A stretch of 59,337 nucleotides of DNA. Origin: a virus. The position numbers and the translations under genes were made by a program. The stretch lies in IMG/VR virus record IMGVR_UViG_3300045988_133192, one strand, 5' to 3'. This document shows, piece after piece, positions 26,851 through 37,134 of the stretch (positions within the stretch are counted from its first letter, which is position 1; every line of letters begins with the position of its first letter). The notes beneath the pieces were generated by a model. That model was not told where the DNA came from and did no database searches. It saw only the letters and a program-made list of their open reading frames with translations.

Positions 26851-27029
26851 TAAATGCGGCTGGCTCTGATGGCTACTGGGCGCACACGCTCTGGCAGCGT
26901 CACGGCCTGCGCCCAGAAGAGTATGACGCCATGCCGCGCCGGACACAGCTTTTTTACATCGCATCCGAGCTTGTCGTCGATGAAGAACGTCGGCAGGCCC
27001 GGATACAAGCCGAAGCCGCAAGGAGGTGA
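26847..27029 (+). CDS. -1 frameshift extension of the tail assembly chaperone
   Basis: After A_AAA_AAC the -1 frame reads LINAAGSDGYWAHTLWQRHGLRPEEYDAMPRRTQLFYIASELVVDEERRQARIQAEAARR*. It is protein-like and has no start codon of its own. The track ORF 26854-27036 in the other frame looks off-frame. Confidence 0.7.
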   Translation: MINAAGSDGYWAHTLWQRHGLRPEEYDAMPRRTQLFYIASELVVDEERRQARIQAEAARR

Positions 27030-27036
27030 GGACTGA

Positions 27037-30000
27037 ATGGCAAACTTGACCGCGAGATTCCAGCTCATTGATGAAATGAGCCAAAAGCTCGAAAGCATCT
27101 CCAACCGGGGCAACGCCCTGATGGACAAGTGGGAAGCCGCAGGCGACGCGGCCAGCGCGGCACTGGAAGGCATTTCGTCCTCTGCCAGCTCTGCCGTGTC
27201 TGCTGCCGACACCGTGGCGACGTCCATCGAGGGTATCGAGCGGGCCGCCAGCGGCGCGGATTCTGCTGCCGGAGAAATGGCCGACGTACTCGACCAGTAC
27301 GGCGCAGCAGCCGAGGAAGCGGCCCAGAAAGCCGACTACTGGACAAACGCCGTGGGCGGCTACGACAAGGCCATGCTGGAAGCTACATACTCCACCAAAG
27401 AGCTTGTCGATATGGGCATCAAGTCCACCGCCGCGCTGGATGACCTGAACGACATGATGACCCTTTGCGAAAAATCGTCCGACGATCTCGCAAAGTCCGT
27501 CGAAGCGTCGGCCGGCATCCATGACGAGCTGACCGCGTCCATCAAGAAAACGGACGACCAGCTCGACGCCCTCATGCAGAACGAAAAGTTGGCCGCCGAA
27601 ACAAAGGACGAGCTGAAAGCTGCCAGCGATGCAGCAGCGGAAGCCCTCAAAGAGCTAGCACAGGCCCAGCTTGACGCCGACGCCGCGATGCAGAACTATC
27701 AGCAGGTCATGGCATCCAGCACGGAAGACCTTGACAAGCTGGAAGCCGCCGCAGAGCAGGCGGGCCACGCTGCCGAATCTCTGGCAGCCGCCAACGGCAA
27801 GGCCAGCGATGCCACCGACGCGCTGGCAAAGTCCACCCAAAAGGCAAGCGACGAAGCGGACAAGGCCAGCAAGACCGGGGCTGAAGCAGTCGAAACCATC
27901 GCGCAGGCCCTTGCAGCGGCCGGCATAACGGCCACCATCAAGGAGATCACCTCTGCGGTCTACGACTTGACCGATACTTACAGCAACGCGGAAAAAATCA
28001 TCGTCAACGCCACCGGTGCGACCGGGGACGCGCTGGACAGTCTGGGCGCAAGTATGCTCAAAGCCTACTCCGGCAATGACGATGCACTCGACGCCGTGGC
28101 CGGAGCGGTTGGCGAAATCAATACCCGACTGGGCTACACTGGCGACACGCTGTCCGAAGTCACCGGGCAATTTCTGGACTTTGCCGACATCACCGGGCAG
28201 GATGTCGTCGGCTCTGTGCAGCTCGTCACAAAGGTGATGAACAAATGGGGCGAGGATTCTTCCAAGCTGCCGAACGTCCTTGATGATCTGGCCTATGCGG
28301 GCCAAATCTCTGGCCTGTCTGTCACAACCCTTAGCAATACCCTTATCACTGGCGCATCGTCCTTGCAGGAAATGGGCCTGTCGCTTGAAAACGCCATCGG
28401 CCTGCTGGCAAAGATGGAGCTTTACGGCGTCGAGGGCACGTCTACCATAACGGCCATGCGAACCGCCGTGAAGAACTTTGCTGCTGACGGTCTGGACGCA
28501 CAAGAAGCCCTGCAAGATACCATCACCGAAATTGCCAACATGAAAGACAGCTCCGAAGCCACCACAAAGGCCGTGGAAGTCTTTGGCAGCAAGGTAGGCG
28601 TGGACTTTGCGCGGGCCATCCGCGACGGCGCAATCACCACCGACACCCTGACCGGGTCGCTGGATGAAGCCGCTGGCACTCTGGAAAAGACCGCCGCCGC
28701 AGGTGAAAGCCTGTCCGAAAAGTGGGAAAAGGCCAACAACAAAATGAATGTTGCATTTACGCAGGTCTTGGAGCCTACTATCCACGACGCATCCGCTGAA
28801 CTTGCCGACCTCTGGGGGCAGGTAGGCGATTTTCTCTCTGAGCATCCAAATGTAGTAAAGGCTTTGACCGCGGTCGGTGTGGGTCTTGGCACTGTGGCCG
28901 TCGGCGTCGCTGGCGTTTCCGCATCTTTTGTCTTTGCGAGTTCGACCGTCAAAGCGTTCGTGTCGGCTATTTCCCCATTTGCCCCCGGCTTGCTGGTGGC
29001 TGCCGCAGCTGTTACGGCCGTGACCGCAGCCGTCACCATGCTGGGCAACAAGTATGAGGACACCTACGACGAAGCCCTGTCCATGACGGCCACCACCTCC
29101 GCCCAGACCAAAGAGCTGGAATCCCTCAAAGAGCAGTATGACAAAGCCTGCCGCGCCTACGGCGATACGTCCGATCAGGCATCTACCCTGAAATACCGCA
29201 TCGACGAGCTTTCGGCATCTCTGGACAACAACGGGCAGAGCGTGGACGAGTACGTCGCCCAAATCGACGCTGTTATCAGCAAGCACGACGACCTGATTGA
29301 CAGTTTCGGCAGCAGCACACAGAGCATCCACGACAGCGAGGTGCAGAACCTCGCACTTGTCGCCCAGCTTGACGCGCTGGCAAGCTCCACCGGCAACAGC
29401 ACCGAGAAACAGGCCCAGATGGAAGCCATCATCAAGGAGCTGAACGGCAGCATTGACGGCCTGAACCTCACCTACGAAGACCTGACCACCAATCAGGACA
29501 AAGCCATTGCCAACATCAAGGAAATGGCAAAGCAGCAGGCCGAGCAGGAGCTGAAAACCGAAAAGTATCAGGAATATGTAGACCTGCTAAAGCAGCAGGC
29601 CACCGAGCAAGAAGCCATCAAGGAAAATAATGACGCCATCGCCGCCGCGCAGGAGCGCGTGAACGAGGCCCAGAAAGTCTATGATGACTACATTGCCGAC
29701 CTCTACGCGCAAGACCCCACCGGCATGGCTACCATTTCGGCCCAGTGGTCTGAGCAGGCCGCCGCGCTCGACGCCGCCAACGACGAGTTGCAGCAGTATC
29801 AGGATAAACAAGTCGAGCTGCAAAAGACCCTTGACGATACCACCGACCGGCTCGAAGTCATCGACAAGTATTACAACCAGCAGGCCGAGGACGCCAAAGC
29901 CGCAGGCGACGAAATCGTTTCTGCGCAGGAAGCCGTATCGCAGGCTTACAGCGATGTCCGCTCTGATGTGGAAAAGCTCTGCGAAGCCTACAACACCGCC

Positions 30001-31629
30001 TACGAAGCCGCAAAGGACAGCTTTGAGGGCCAGTTCGACCTGTTCGATCAGGCGTCCACCAAATCCGAAGACTACCTCAACTCCAACGTCAAGAACGCGC
30101 AGGCCGCCTTGGATTCCCAGCTCAACTACTGGAACACATACACGGCCAACATTGAAACCCTGAAAGGCACGTCTTATCAGGACTTGGGCATCACCGAGGA
30201 CAACTACAAGGCCCTGATGTCCTATGTGCAGGATGGCAGCGAACAGGCCGCAGGTCTGGCCGCCAGCATGGTAAGTGCCATCAACAGCGGCAACAAGGAC
30301 GCCGTGTCGAAGCTGGCAAACACGCTGGCCGACGTCACCGCGAAGCAGGACGCCGCAGCGCAGGCCACCGCCGACTGGGTAACGGACTACGAGGGCCAGC
30401 TGGACGAGTTCCAGAGCAAAATGGAGCAGACCGTCGATGATCTCGACCTGTCCGACGAAGCCGGAAAGGCTGCAAAGGACACCATCGCCGAGTACGTCCA
30501 GAAGCTGAAAGATGGCAAAAAGGACGCCGTAGCCGCTGCAAAAGATGTGGCCGCATCCGTGGCCCTTGCATTGCAGAACAGCACCACCTACACGCCGCCC
30601 ACTACCACGCCCACAGTGCCCGGTCATGCAGGCGGTACGACCGACGCCGAAGATATTTTCGTCGCCGGTGAGAACGGCCCGGAGCTGATCGTCGGGAAGC
30701 AGGGAAGCACCGTTTTCCCGACCGAGGAAACCGACCGCATCATTGACGCGCTGAACGGCATCGACGACGCCCCGGCCAAAGCCACCGCCGCGCCTGCATC
30801 CGAAACTACCTACAACACCGTCACGGACGATCACACCACCAACACCGACCGCCATGACGTCACGAACCAGTACACCACTACCGACAGCCACGATGTCACG
30901 AATGACATTGCGAACGACTACTCCGTCACGGATAGCCATGATCTCACCGACGCCAGCGTCCTGAATGATAGCCATGACGTGACAAACACCACGGAAAGCT
31001 ACACCACGGACAACAGCGTGGAGAACCACATCACGCAGGAGCAGGCCGACAAGGAAAAACAGTTCGACCGATTCTTGCAGGCTGTCACCGGCATCACCAT
31101 CGACGCCCCTGAACCCGCCCCGGGAGAATCCCTCTTTGCGTCCGTTCTGGGCAAGGCGGCCGACATCATTTCCGGCAAGAACTCCGACCTGCCGGAAATC
31201 GAAGCTGCCTACATGGGCTTGTCTGCCACCCCGCAGGCGGCCACGGAATCCTACGACCTCACCGAGCTGGAAAAGATTCTGGCCGAGCAACAGCCCACCG
31301 CGCCCGCGCTGACCGACGAGCAGCAGGGAACGGCCACCGCCGCGCCTGCATCCGAAGCAGCCCCCACGCTGGAGCCTGCCCCGCTAAACGTCCAGCCCAT
31401 CGACGCCGCAGCAGCCCCGCAGAACGTCCAGAACGCGCCTGCCGAAACGGTCAAGAGAATTATCCTCGAACTGGTCGGCAAGGGCACTATCGAGGTTTCT
31501 GGCGGCTCTGGCAGCGGCTTGACGGAAAACGAGGTCTTGGAACTGCTGACCGACAACATGAAGCCTGTTCTGATGGGCATTATCAAGCAGGAGATTTTCG
31601 AGGAGGGCCAGCTGTCCTATGAGTATTAA
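27037..31629 (+). CDS. tail tape measure protein (1530 aa)
   Basis: Size, coiled-coil content, central hydrophobic segment, position. Confidence 0.95.
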   Translation: MANLTARFQLIDEMSQKLESISNRGNALMDKWEAAGDAASAALEGISSSASSAVSAADTVATSIEGIERAASGADSAAGEMADVLDQYGAAAEEAAQKADYWTNAVGGYDKAMLEATYSTKELVDMGIKSTAALDDLNDMMTLCEKSSDDLAKSVEASAGIHDELTASIKKTDDQLDALMQNEKLAAETKDELKAASDAAAEALKELAQAQLDADAAMQNYQQVMASSTEDLDKLEAAAEQAGHAAESLAAANGKASDATDALAKSTQKASDEADKASKTGAEAVETIAQALAAAGITATIKEITSAVYDLTDTYSNAEKIIVNATGATGDALDSLGASMLKAYSGNDDALDAVAGAVGEINTRLGYTGDTLSEVTGQFLDFADITGQDVVGSVQLVTKVMNKWGEDSSKLPNVLDDLAYAGQISGLSVTTLSNTLITGASSLQEMGLSLENAIGLLAKMELYGVEGTSTITAMRTAVKNFAADGLDAQEALQDTITEIANMKDSSEATTKAVEVFGSKVGVDFARAIRDGAITTDTLTGSLDEAAGTLEKTAAAGESLSEKWEKANNKMNVAFTQVLEPTIHDASAELADLWGQVGDFLSEHPNVVKALTAVGVGLGTVAVGVAGVSASFVFASSTVKAFVSAISPFAPGLLVAAAAVTAVTAAVTMLGNKYEDTYDEALSMTATTSAQTKELESLKEQYDKACRAYGDTSDQASTLKYRIDELSASLDNNGQSVDEYVAQIDAVISKHDDLIDSFGSSTQSIHDSEVQNLALVAQLDALASSTGNSTEKQAQMEAIIKELNGSIDGLNLTYEDLTTNQDKAIANIKEMAKQQAEQELKTEKYQEYVDLLKQQATEQEAIKENNDAIAAAQERVNEAQKVYDDYIADLYAQDPTGMATISAQWSEQAAALDAANDELQQYQDKQVELQKTLDDTTDRLEVIDKYYNQQAEDAKAAGDEIVSAQEAVSQAYSDVRSDVEKLCEAYNTAYEAAKDSFEGQFDLFDQASTKSEDYLNSNVKNAQAALDSQLNYWNTYTANIETLKGTSYQDLGITEDNYKALMSYVQDGSEQAAGLAASMVSAINSGNKDAVSKLANTLADVTAKQDAAAQATADWVTDYEGQLDEFQSKMEQTVDDLDLSDEAGKAAKDTIAEYVQKLKDGKKDAVAAAKDVAASVALALQNSTTYTPPTTTPTVPGHAGGTTDAEDIFVAGENGPELIVGKQGSTVFPTEETDRIIDALNGIDDAPAKATAAPASETTYNTVTDDHTTNTDRHDVTNQYTTTDSHDVTNDIANDYSVTDSHDLTDASVLNDSHDVTNTTESYTTDNSVENHITQEQADKEKQFDRFLQAVTGITIDAPEPAPGESLFASVLGKAADIISGKNSDLPEIEAAYMGLSATPQAATESYDLTELEKILAEQQPTAPALTDEQQGTATAAPASEAAPTLEPAPLNVQPIDAAAAPQNVQNAPAETVKRIILELVGKGTIEVSGGSGSGLTENEVLELLTDNMKPVLMGIIKQEIFEEGQLSYEY

Positions 31630-32275
31630 CTATCAAATCTGGTTTACATGGAACGCCGAGCGGGAAAAAATCAGGCTGCCCGTCCTGCCTGAAAAGTTCT
31701 ACGTCAAAAACGGCTCCAATAACCAGAGCATCGACCTCACCGGGCTGGGAGAAGTGACCATCATGCAGAGCCGTCCCGCCTTGCAGCTCTCTTTTTCCAG
31801 CTTTTTCCCGGCGCACTCTTTCCCCGGCATGAAGTCCATCATCGCCGTGCCGCCCATCCTCTACGTTCGCATGATCGAACGCTGGAAGAAAAGCCGCGTC
31901 CCGATTCACTTCATCTGCACAGGTATGCTCATCAACCTGTACTGCACAATCGAAAGTTTCAACTACCGCGAAGAGGGCGGCGACGTCGGCACATACTCCT
32001 ACGACATCACGCTGAAAGAGTATCAGGAAGTTTCCCTGAAAACCGTGTCCGTCGATTCCTCGCTTGTCGCCACCATACAGGACACCGTAACCCGCGTTGA
32101 CAGCGCATCCACCCCAAAGACCTACACGGTCAAAAAGGGGGACTGCCTGTACAACATCGCCAAATCCCTGTACGGCGACGGCTCGAAGTATAACAGCATC
32201 TACGCCGCGAACAAGTCGATCATCGGCAGCAACCCGAATCTGATTAAGCCGGGGCAGGTGCTCAAAATTCCGTAA
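31619..32275 (+). CDS. LysM-domain tail protein (XkdP-like)
   Basis: C-terminal LysM YTVKKGDCLYNIAKSLYGDGSKYNSIYAANKSIIGSNPNLIKPGQVLKIP. Confidence 0.85.
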   Translation: MSINYQIWFTWNAEREKIRLPVLPEKFYVKNGSNNQSIDLTGLGEVTIMQSRPALQLSFSSFFPAHSFPGMKSIIAVPPILYVRMIERWKKSRVPIHFICTGMLINLYCTIESFNYREEGGDVGTYSYDITLKEYQEVSLKTVSVDSSLVATIQDTVTRVDSASTPKTYTVKKGDCLYNIAKSLYGDGSKYNSIYAANKSIIGSNPNLIKPGQVLKIP

Positions 32276-32289
32276 AGGAGGGCTGCCGC

Positions 32290-33279
32290 TTGGCGAAAAT
32301 CCAACTGCTGATTGTCCAGAACAAAAAGACAACCGACATGACAGCCCTTGTGAAATCCGTCCACTGGAAAGGGCGCAAGGGCAGCTCTGCCCGCACCCTG
32401 ACCGTCACCATGATCGACGACGACGGCTATAAACACGCCCGCAGCGGCATCGACGTGGAAGATGGAAACCAGTGCGTTTTCCTCGTAGATGGCAAGGAAC
32501 GCTTCCGCGGGATCCTGCTGAATCAGAATCAGGGCAACACCAAACGCCTGAAATTCACCGCCTACGACAACGGTATCTATCTTGCCAACAACAAAGACAC
32601 CTTTGTCTACAAAAACAAGAGTGCCGATCAGGTTTTCACCGACGTTTGTTCCCGGTTCGGCATCCCGACCGGGGAAGTGGCGAAATGCTCTTATCAAATC
32701 CCGGAGCTGACCAAAAGCAAAACCACCGGGCAGGACGCCGTTTTGGACGCTTTGAGCCTTGACTATAAGGCGACCGGCATCCGGCACTACGTCAGCAGCG
32801 ACAAAGGAAAGCTGTCCCTTTTGCAGCGCAAAGATCAAGTCATTTCCTTTGTCGTCGATGGCGACGCCAACCTCTACGGCTACTCCTACACAAAGAGCAT
32901 CGAGAACATCAAAACCCGCGTGAAGATGATCTCCAAAGAGGGCACGACGCTGGCCGAAAAGTCAAACGCCGCCCTCGAAAAGAAAATCGGAATCTTTCAG
33001 GAAATCCAGCAGCCGGATGAATCGCTCACGAAGCCGCAGGTTAAAGACCTTGTGAGCAGCGTCCTTGACACGCTGGACGACCCGGAAGAAACGCTCGACC
33101 TCAACACACTAGGCGACGCCGACGTCATATCCGGCAAGGCGATTCTGGTGCGCATCCCGCACCTGAACATCAACCGCGCCTACTATGTGGACGACGACGA
33201 CCACTATTTTGAGGACAATCTGCACACAATGAGCGTCACGCTCACCACGGCGGCCGAGATTAAGAAGAAAGGAAGCTGA
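32290..33279 (+). CDS. XkdQ / late-control-D-like baseplate hub protein
   Basis: Position and size. TTG start 7 nt after AAGGAGGG. Confidence 0.65.
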   Translation: MAKIQLLIVQNKKTTDMTALVKSVHWKGRKGSSARTLTVTMIDDDGYKHARSGIDVEDGNQCVFLVDGKERFRGILLNQNQGNTKRLKFTAYDNGIYLANNKDTFVYKNKSADQVFTDVCSRFGIPTGEVAKCSYQIPELTKSKTTGQDAVLDALSLDYKATGIRHYVSSDKGKLSLLQRKDQVISFVVDGDANLYGYSYTKSIENIKTRVKMISKEGTTLAEKSNAALEKKIGIFQEIQQPDESLTKPQVKDLVSSVLDTLDDPEETLDLNTLGDADVISGKAILVRIPHLNINRAYYVDDDDHYFEDNLHTMSVTLTTAAEIKKKGS

Positions 33280-33281
33280 CC

Positions 33282-33734
33282 ATGAACGAAACCAGCCTGA
33301 AGCAGCTCTTTCAGGGCCTTATCCCGGTCGGCTCCACCATCTTGCAGGGTACAGTCACCAAAGACGACCCCCTCGAAATTACCGCCGCCAACGACAGCAA
33401 GCTCATTATCTCCGGCAATCAGCTTATCGTACCTTGGCACCTCACCGACTACACCACCCACGCGGACTATACGATGGGGGACAAGGGCGAACTGCGCGAC
33501 GAAACCTATACCAAAATGGACGGCGGCCACGTCCACACCGACAGCCGGGGCGGGCCGACCACTAACGTCAAGCACAAACACTATGTCGAAAAGCTGAACG
33601 CCTACAAAATGACCCTGAAAGTCTATAACCATCTGCAAAAGGACGATGTGGTCTATATGCTCTCGCTCAACAACGGCAAGGTCTATTACGTCCTTGACCG
33701 TGTCGCTGGGCAGGTAGCAGGAAAGGACATCTGA
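33282..33734 (+). CDS. XkdR-position baseplate protein (DUF2577-like)
   Basis: Synteny with PBSX-type tail modules. Confidence 0.55.
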   Translation: MNETSLKQLFQGLIPVGSTILQGTVTKDDPLEITAANDSKLIISGNQLIVPWHLTDYTTHADYTMGDKGELRDETYTKMDGGHVHTDSRGGPTTNVKHKHYVEKLNAYKMTLKVYNHLQKDDVVYMLSLNNGKVYYVLDRVAGQVAGKDI

Positions 33735-33735
33735 C

Positions 33736-34140
33736 ATGGCCGTTTATATCCCGATTGAAATTGCAGAGGTACAGGACGCGCAGGAAAAGCCGTCCAAAAC
33801 GTACCGCCTTGACCTTGACGCGGGGAGAATCGTCGGCTTTGTGGATAACATCGAAGCCGTGCAGCAGGCCATCCGAAAGGCCATCATAACCCCGCGTTTT
33901 AAGTGCCTGATCTATGATAACCAGTACGGCAGCGAAATTGAAGATGCTGTCATTGCAAAGGACGCCAGCCGCGAGTATGCCGAATCCGTCATCGAGGGGT
34001 TTGTCAAGGACGCGCTGGCCCCGGATAGCCGCATCCTCGAATGTCACGATTTTTCGGTCACGTTTGAGGACGACGAAGCACACATCGAATTTACTGCCGA
34101 CACCATCTTTGGCGAAATCGAAATCGAGGAGGTGATCTAA
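33736..34140 (+). CDS. gp25/W-like baseplate wedge protein (XkdS-like)
   Basis: Synteny; 134 aa. Confidence 0.6.
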   Translation: MAVYIPIEIAEVQDAQEKPSKTYRLDLDAGRIVGFVDNIEAVQQAIRKAIITPRFKCLIYDNQYGSEIEDAVIAKDASREYAESVIEGFVKDALAPDSRILECHDFSVTFEDDEAHIEFTADTIFGEIEIEEVI

Positions 34141-34143
34141 AAA

Positions 34144-35259
34144 ATGTATGAGGACAGAACTTTTGAAAACCTCTTGCAGGAAGTCTTGGCCGACGCTGAA
34201 GCCGATGGAATCGACACCCGGCAAGGCTCCATCTTCTACGATTCCGTGTCCGGCACCTGTCTGAAAATTGCGAAGCTCTATACCGACATCGACGTGGCCC
34301 GCAGGCTGGTTTCCATCGCCACCGCCACCGGTGACGATCTGGACGACAAGGCCAGCGAGTACGGCATGACCCGCCACGCCGCGACCCCGGCAAAATACCG
34401 TTTTACCTTTGAGGGCACAGCCCCGGACACCGGGACGCGCTTCTACAACGACGGTCTGTATTTCGTCCTGCGGTATAACACGCTGGAGGGCGAATACTAC
34501 CTCGAAGCAGAAGTCCCCGGCGAATCTGGTAACGTCGTCTATGAGGGAACGGCAGCCATCCCGGTGAATGAGATCGACGGCCTGAAAAATGCAAGGTTTG
34601 GGGCCATCTACGAAAACGGCACTGACCGAGAGGACGACGAAAGCCTGCGCACCCGCGTACAGGAAAAAATAGCTGGCCCCGCCGAGAACGGCAACAAGCA
34701 GCACTACAAAACGTGGTGCGAAAGCATCGACGGAATCGGCCATGCCCGCATCTATCCACTGTGGAACGGCCCGAACACCGTCAAAGCTGTGCTGATTGAT
34801 TCTGCCGGCCGCGCCTGTTCCGGCTCCAAAATTGCCGAGGTTCAGCAGTACATCGACCCGGCCACCAAAGGTTACACCGCCACCGTGGACGGTTACACCT
34901 ACACCGTCGGTGATGGGCTGGGCGAGGGCGTCGCCAACCTTGGCGCACACTTTACCGCCGTTTCTGCCCGCGAAATCAAAATCGACGTCGCCTTTGAAGC
35001 TGACCTTGCTAGCGGATTCACCCCGCAGGAAGTCCAGGAGCAGGCGAAAGAAGCGATTGACGCCTACCTCAAAGATACCGTGCTGACCACGGCAGCCGCC
35101 GAGGATGTCGTCATCCGCGCCGCCCGCATCGGTGCAATCATCATTGAGCTGGACAGCGTTGTGGACTACAAAAACCTCACGCTGAACGGCAGCACCGAAA
35201 ATATCAGGCCCGGAGCCGATTATATCCCTGTGGCCGGGGAGGTGACAGTCACCACATGA
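34144..35259 (+). CDS. baseplate J-like protein (XkdT-like)
   Basis: 371 aa; DTRQGSIFYD...GDDLD...GNV pattern typical of baseplate J. Confidence 0.8.
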   Translation: MYEDRTFENLLQEVLADAEADGIDTRQGSIFYDSVSGTCLKIAKLYTDIDVARRLVSIATATGDDLDDKASEYGMTRHAATPAKYRFTFEGTAPDTGTRFYNDGLYFVLRYNTLEGEYYLEAEVPGESGNVVYEGTAAIPVNEIDGLKNARFGAIYENGTDREDDESLRTRVQEKIAGPAENGNKQHYKTWCESIDGIGHARIYPLWNGPNTVKAVLIDSAGRACSGSKIAEVQQYIDPATKGYTATVDGYTYTVGDGLGEGVANLGAHFTAVSAREIKIDVAFEADLASGFTPQEVQEQAKEAIDAYLKDTVLTTAAAEDVVIRAARIGAIIIELDSVVDYKNLTLNGSTENIRPGADYIPVAGEVTVTT

Positions 35260-36203
35260 AGCGCAGCACCGACCGCAAGCAATTCTACCCCCGCGACTTT
35301 CCCGGCAACTATGACGAGCTGATCACCTACTACCCGCGCTACTACCGCAATGTGCGCGAGATGGTCGCCATCCTCAAAGCAGACGGAAAGCTACTGGATG
35401 GGGCACAGGGCGCCATTGAGCAGGTCTACAACAACGCCTTTATCGACAACATGGACGAGCCGACCATCCGCGAGATGGAAGTCTTTTTGAGCATCAACCT
35501 TGACAAGACCCGAACATTGGATGAACGTCGCCGCCTGATCAAATCTTTCTTTGCAGGCTTTGGCCGGGTATCGGCCACCCTGCTGAAAGAAATGATAAAC
35601 GCCTACACCAACGCCGACGTCGATGTGCTGTTCGAGCCGTTCGATGCAGCCGGGAACAATATGCTCTATATCAATTTTGAGCGCGGCGACGAACCCACGC
35701 TCTACATGAGCGATATTTTGGAGCTGCTGTCCCGCAAAATTCCCGCGCACATCATCTACACCCCATCCGTCACCTACAAGCGGCCTGTCGTCGTCAAGAG
35801 CAGGCGCACCCATTACGTTTTTGACTACGACCTGACAGGCACAAAGCCGGAAGTTGCCAGCAAAGGCGCGTACTACATTGCCGCCACCGTCACCGAGAAA
35901 GGCCACCTGCCTGTCATCATGGACTATAAGCAGGCCGCCGACGTGGACAACCCCACCGGCACAACCCCGGAGCCTGCATCCATCGCCGCCTACATCCAGC
36001 GGGCGACGGTCACACAGACCACCCATGACCCCCACGTTGCTGCATACCCTTACACGTCCGACGCCGATATGCCCACCGGGCAGACCCCGGAAACGGCCAT
36101 GCTGGGCAACAATGCAAGGCACGTCACAGGCGTGGGCTACACCGTCACCGAATGCGCCGAAAACTACCCGCTTTGCGGGCAGGGTTTCGCATCCCAAATT
36201 TAA
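35256..36203 (+). CDS. XkdU-like tail protein (DUF2313-like)
   Basis: ATGA overlap with the baseplate J gene; synteny. Confidence 0.6.
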   Translation: MKRSTDRKQFYPRDFPGNYDELITYYPRYYRNVREMVAILKADGKLLDGAQGAIEQVYNNAFIDNMDEPTIREMEVFLSINLDKTRTLDERRRLIKSFFAGFGRVSATLLKEMINAYTNADVDVLFEPFDAAGNNMLYINFERGDEPTLYMSDILELLSRKIPAHIIYTPSVTYKRPVVVKSRRTHYVFDYDLTGTKPEVASKGAYYIAATVTEKGHLPVIMDYKQAADVDNPTGTTPEPASIAAYIQRATVTQTTHDPHVAAYPYTSDADMPTGQTPETAMLGNNARHVTGVGYTVTECAENYPLCGQGFASQI

Positions 36204-36217
36204 GGAGGTAACACTAT

Positions 36218-36523
36218 ATGGCCGCTTTCTGGAATGAAAACTTCCTGAACAAAATCCGTAACAACTGGCTGCGGCGCGTCGCCAAAATCCAATATTACGC
36301 AGGCGGCGTCTGGTACGACGCTATGATCACCTCGAAAGAAATCGAGGGCAACACCCTGAAAGTCGTCTGCCAGACGCAGGACAGCGCGACGCTGACCATC
36401 ACGGCCGTTCGCATCATTGATTCGGACGGTGAAACCGCTGGGCAGACCAGCGAAAATATTGTCAAAAACTCCACGCAGGGCGTCATTTCTCTGTGGGAGT
36501 TTCCGCTCTACGAGCTGGTTTAA
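36218..36523 (+). CDS. hypothetical tail-fibre-module protein
   Basis: AAGGAGG RBS; position. Confidence 0.55.
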   Translation: MAAFWNENFLNKIRNNWLRRVAKIQYYAGGVWYDAMITSKEIEGNTLKVVCQTQDSATLTITAVRIIDSDGETAGQTSENIVKNSTQGVISLWEFPLYELV

Positions 36524-36543
36524 GCGAAAGGAGGTGAAAATCT

Positions 36544-37134
36544 ATGTTTAACTTTTTGCTCTGGAAAGACCATGCTGTCACCCCGTCCAACACCTACAAT
36601 CTGGTGAAAAACGATGATGGCACCTACACCCTCACCCCGGCGGGCAAAGTCATCCAGCAGGGCACGAACATGAGCGCGGCCAACTTCAACCGCCTTGAAG
36701 TCGGCCTGCATGATACCAACATCGCGGTCAAGATCGCACAGACCCTTATCCAGTGGCTTGGCCGCCGCACCACTAAGCTGGAAAGCCGCGCCGACGGTCA
36801 CGATACCAGCATTGCCAGCATCAACACGCTGAACGGCCAGCAGAACACCCGCCTGGCCGCGCTGGAAAAGGAAACCGCCGTTGAGGTCAAGGACGTCACC
36901 CTGACCGCTGGCAGCGACCCTTGGCCCTACTGCATCAAAGACACCGCCGTCGGCCTGTCCACCACCCGCAAGAATACCGCCTACGACGTGGACGTATACG
37001 TCAAGAGCTATTCCGGCGGCCGCCTTGGTGACATCACCGTCAAGGACAAGCTGGCGAACGGCTTTAAGCTCCACCATGATGGCAGCGCAAAAACCGTTGT
37101 CGTCACCATCAAAGTTTCGGGAGGTACGAAATAA
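36544..37134 (+). CDS. tail fibre protein (XkdV-position)
   Basis: N-terminal WKDHAVTPSNTYNL...GTNMSAANFNRLEVGL, typical of phage fibre N-termini. Confidence 0.6.
   Translation: MFNFLLWKDHAVTPSNTYNLVKNDDGTYTLTPAGKVIQQGTNMSAANFNRLEVGLHDTNIAVKIAQTLIQWLGRRTTKLESRADGHDTSIASINTLNGQQNTRLAALEKETAVEVKDVTLTAGSDPWPYCIKDTAVGLSTTRKNTAYDVDVYVKSYSGGRLGDITVKDKLANGFKLHHDGSAKTVVVTIKVSGGTK

Noticed and set aside
26854-27036. 60-aa ORF between the chaperone and tape measure genes
   Set aside because: Composition looks off-frame (R/S/T/G/P-rich). The adjacent -1 frame is protein-like and is reached through a canonical A_AAA_AAC slippery site.
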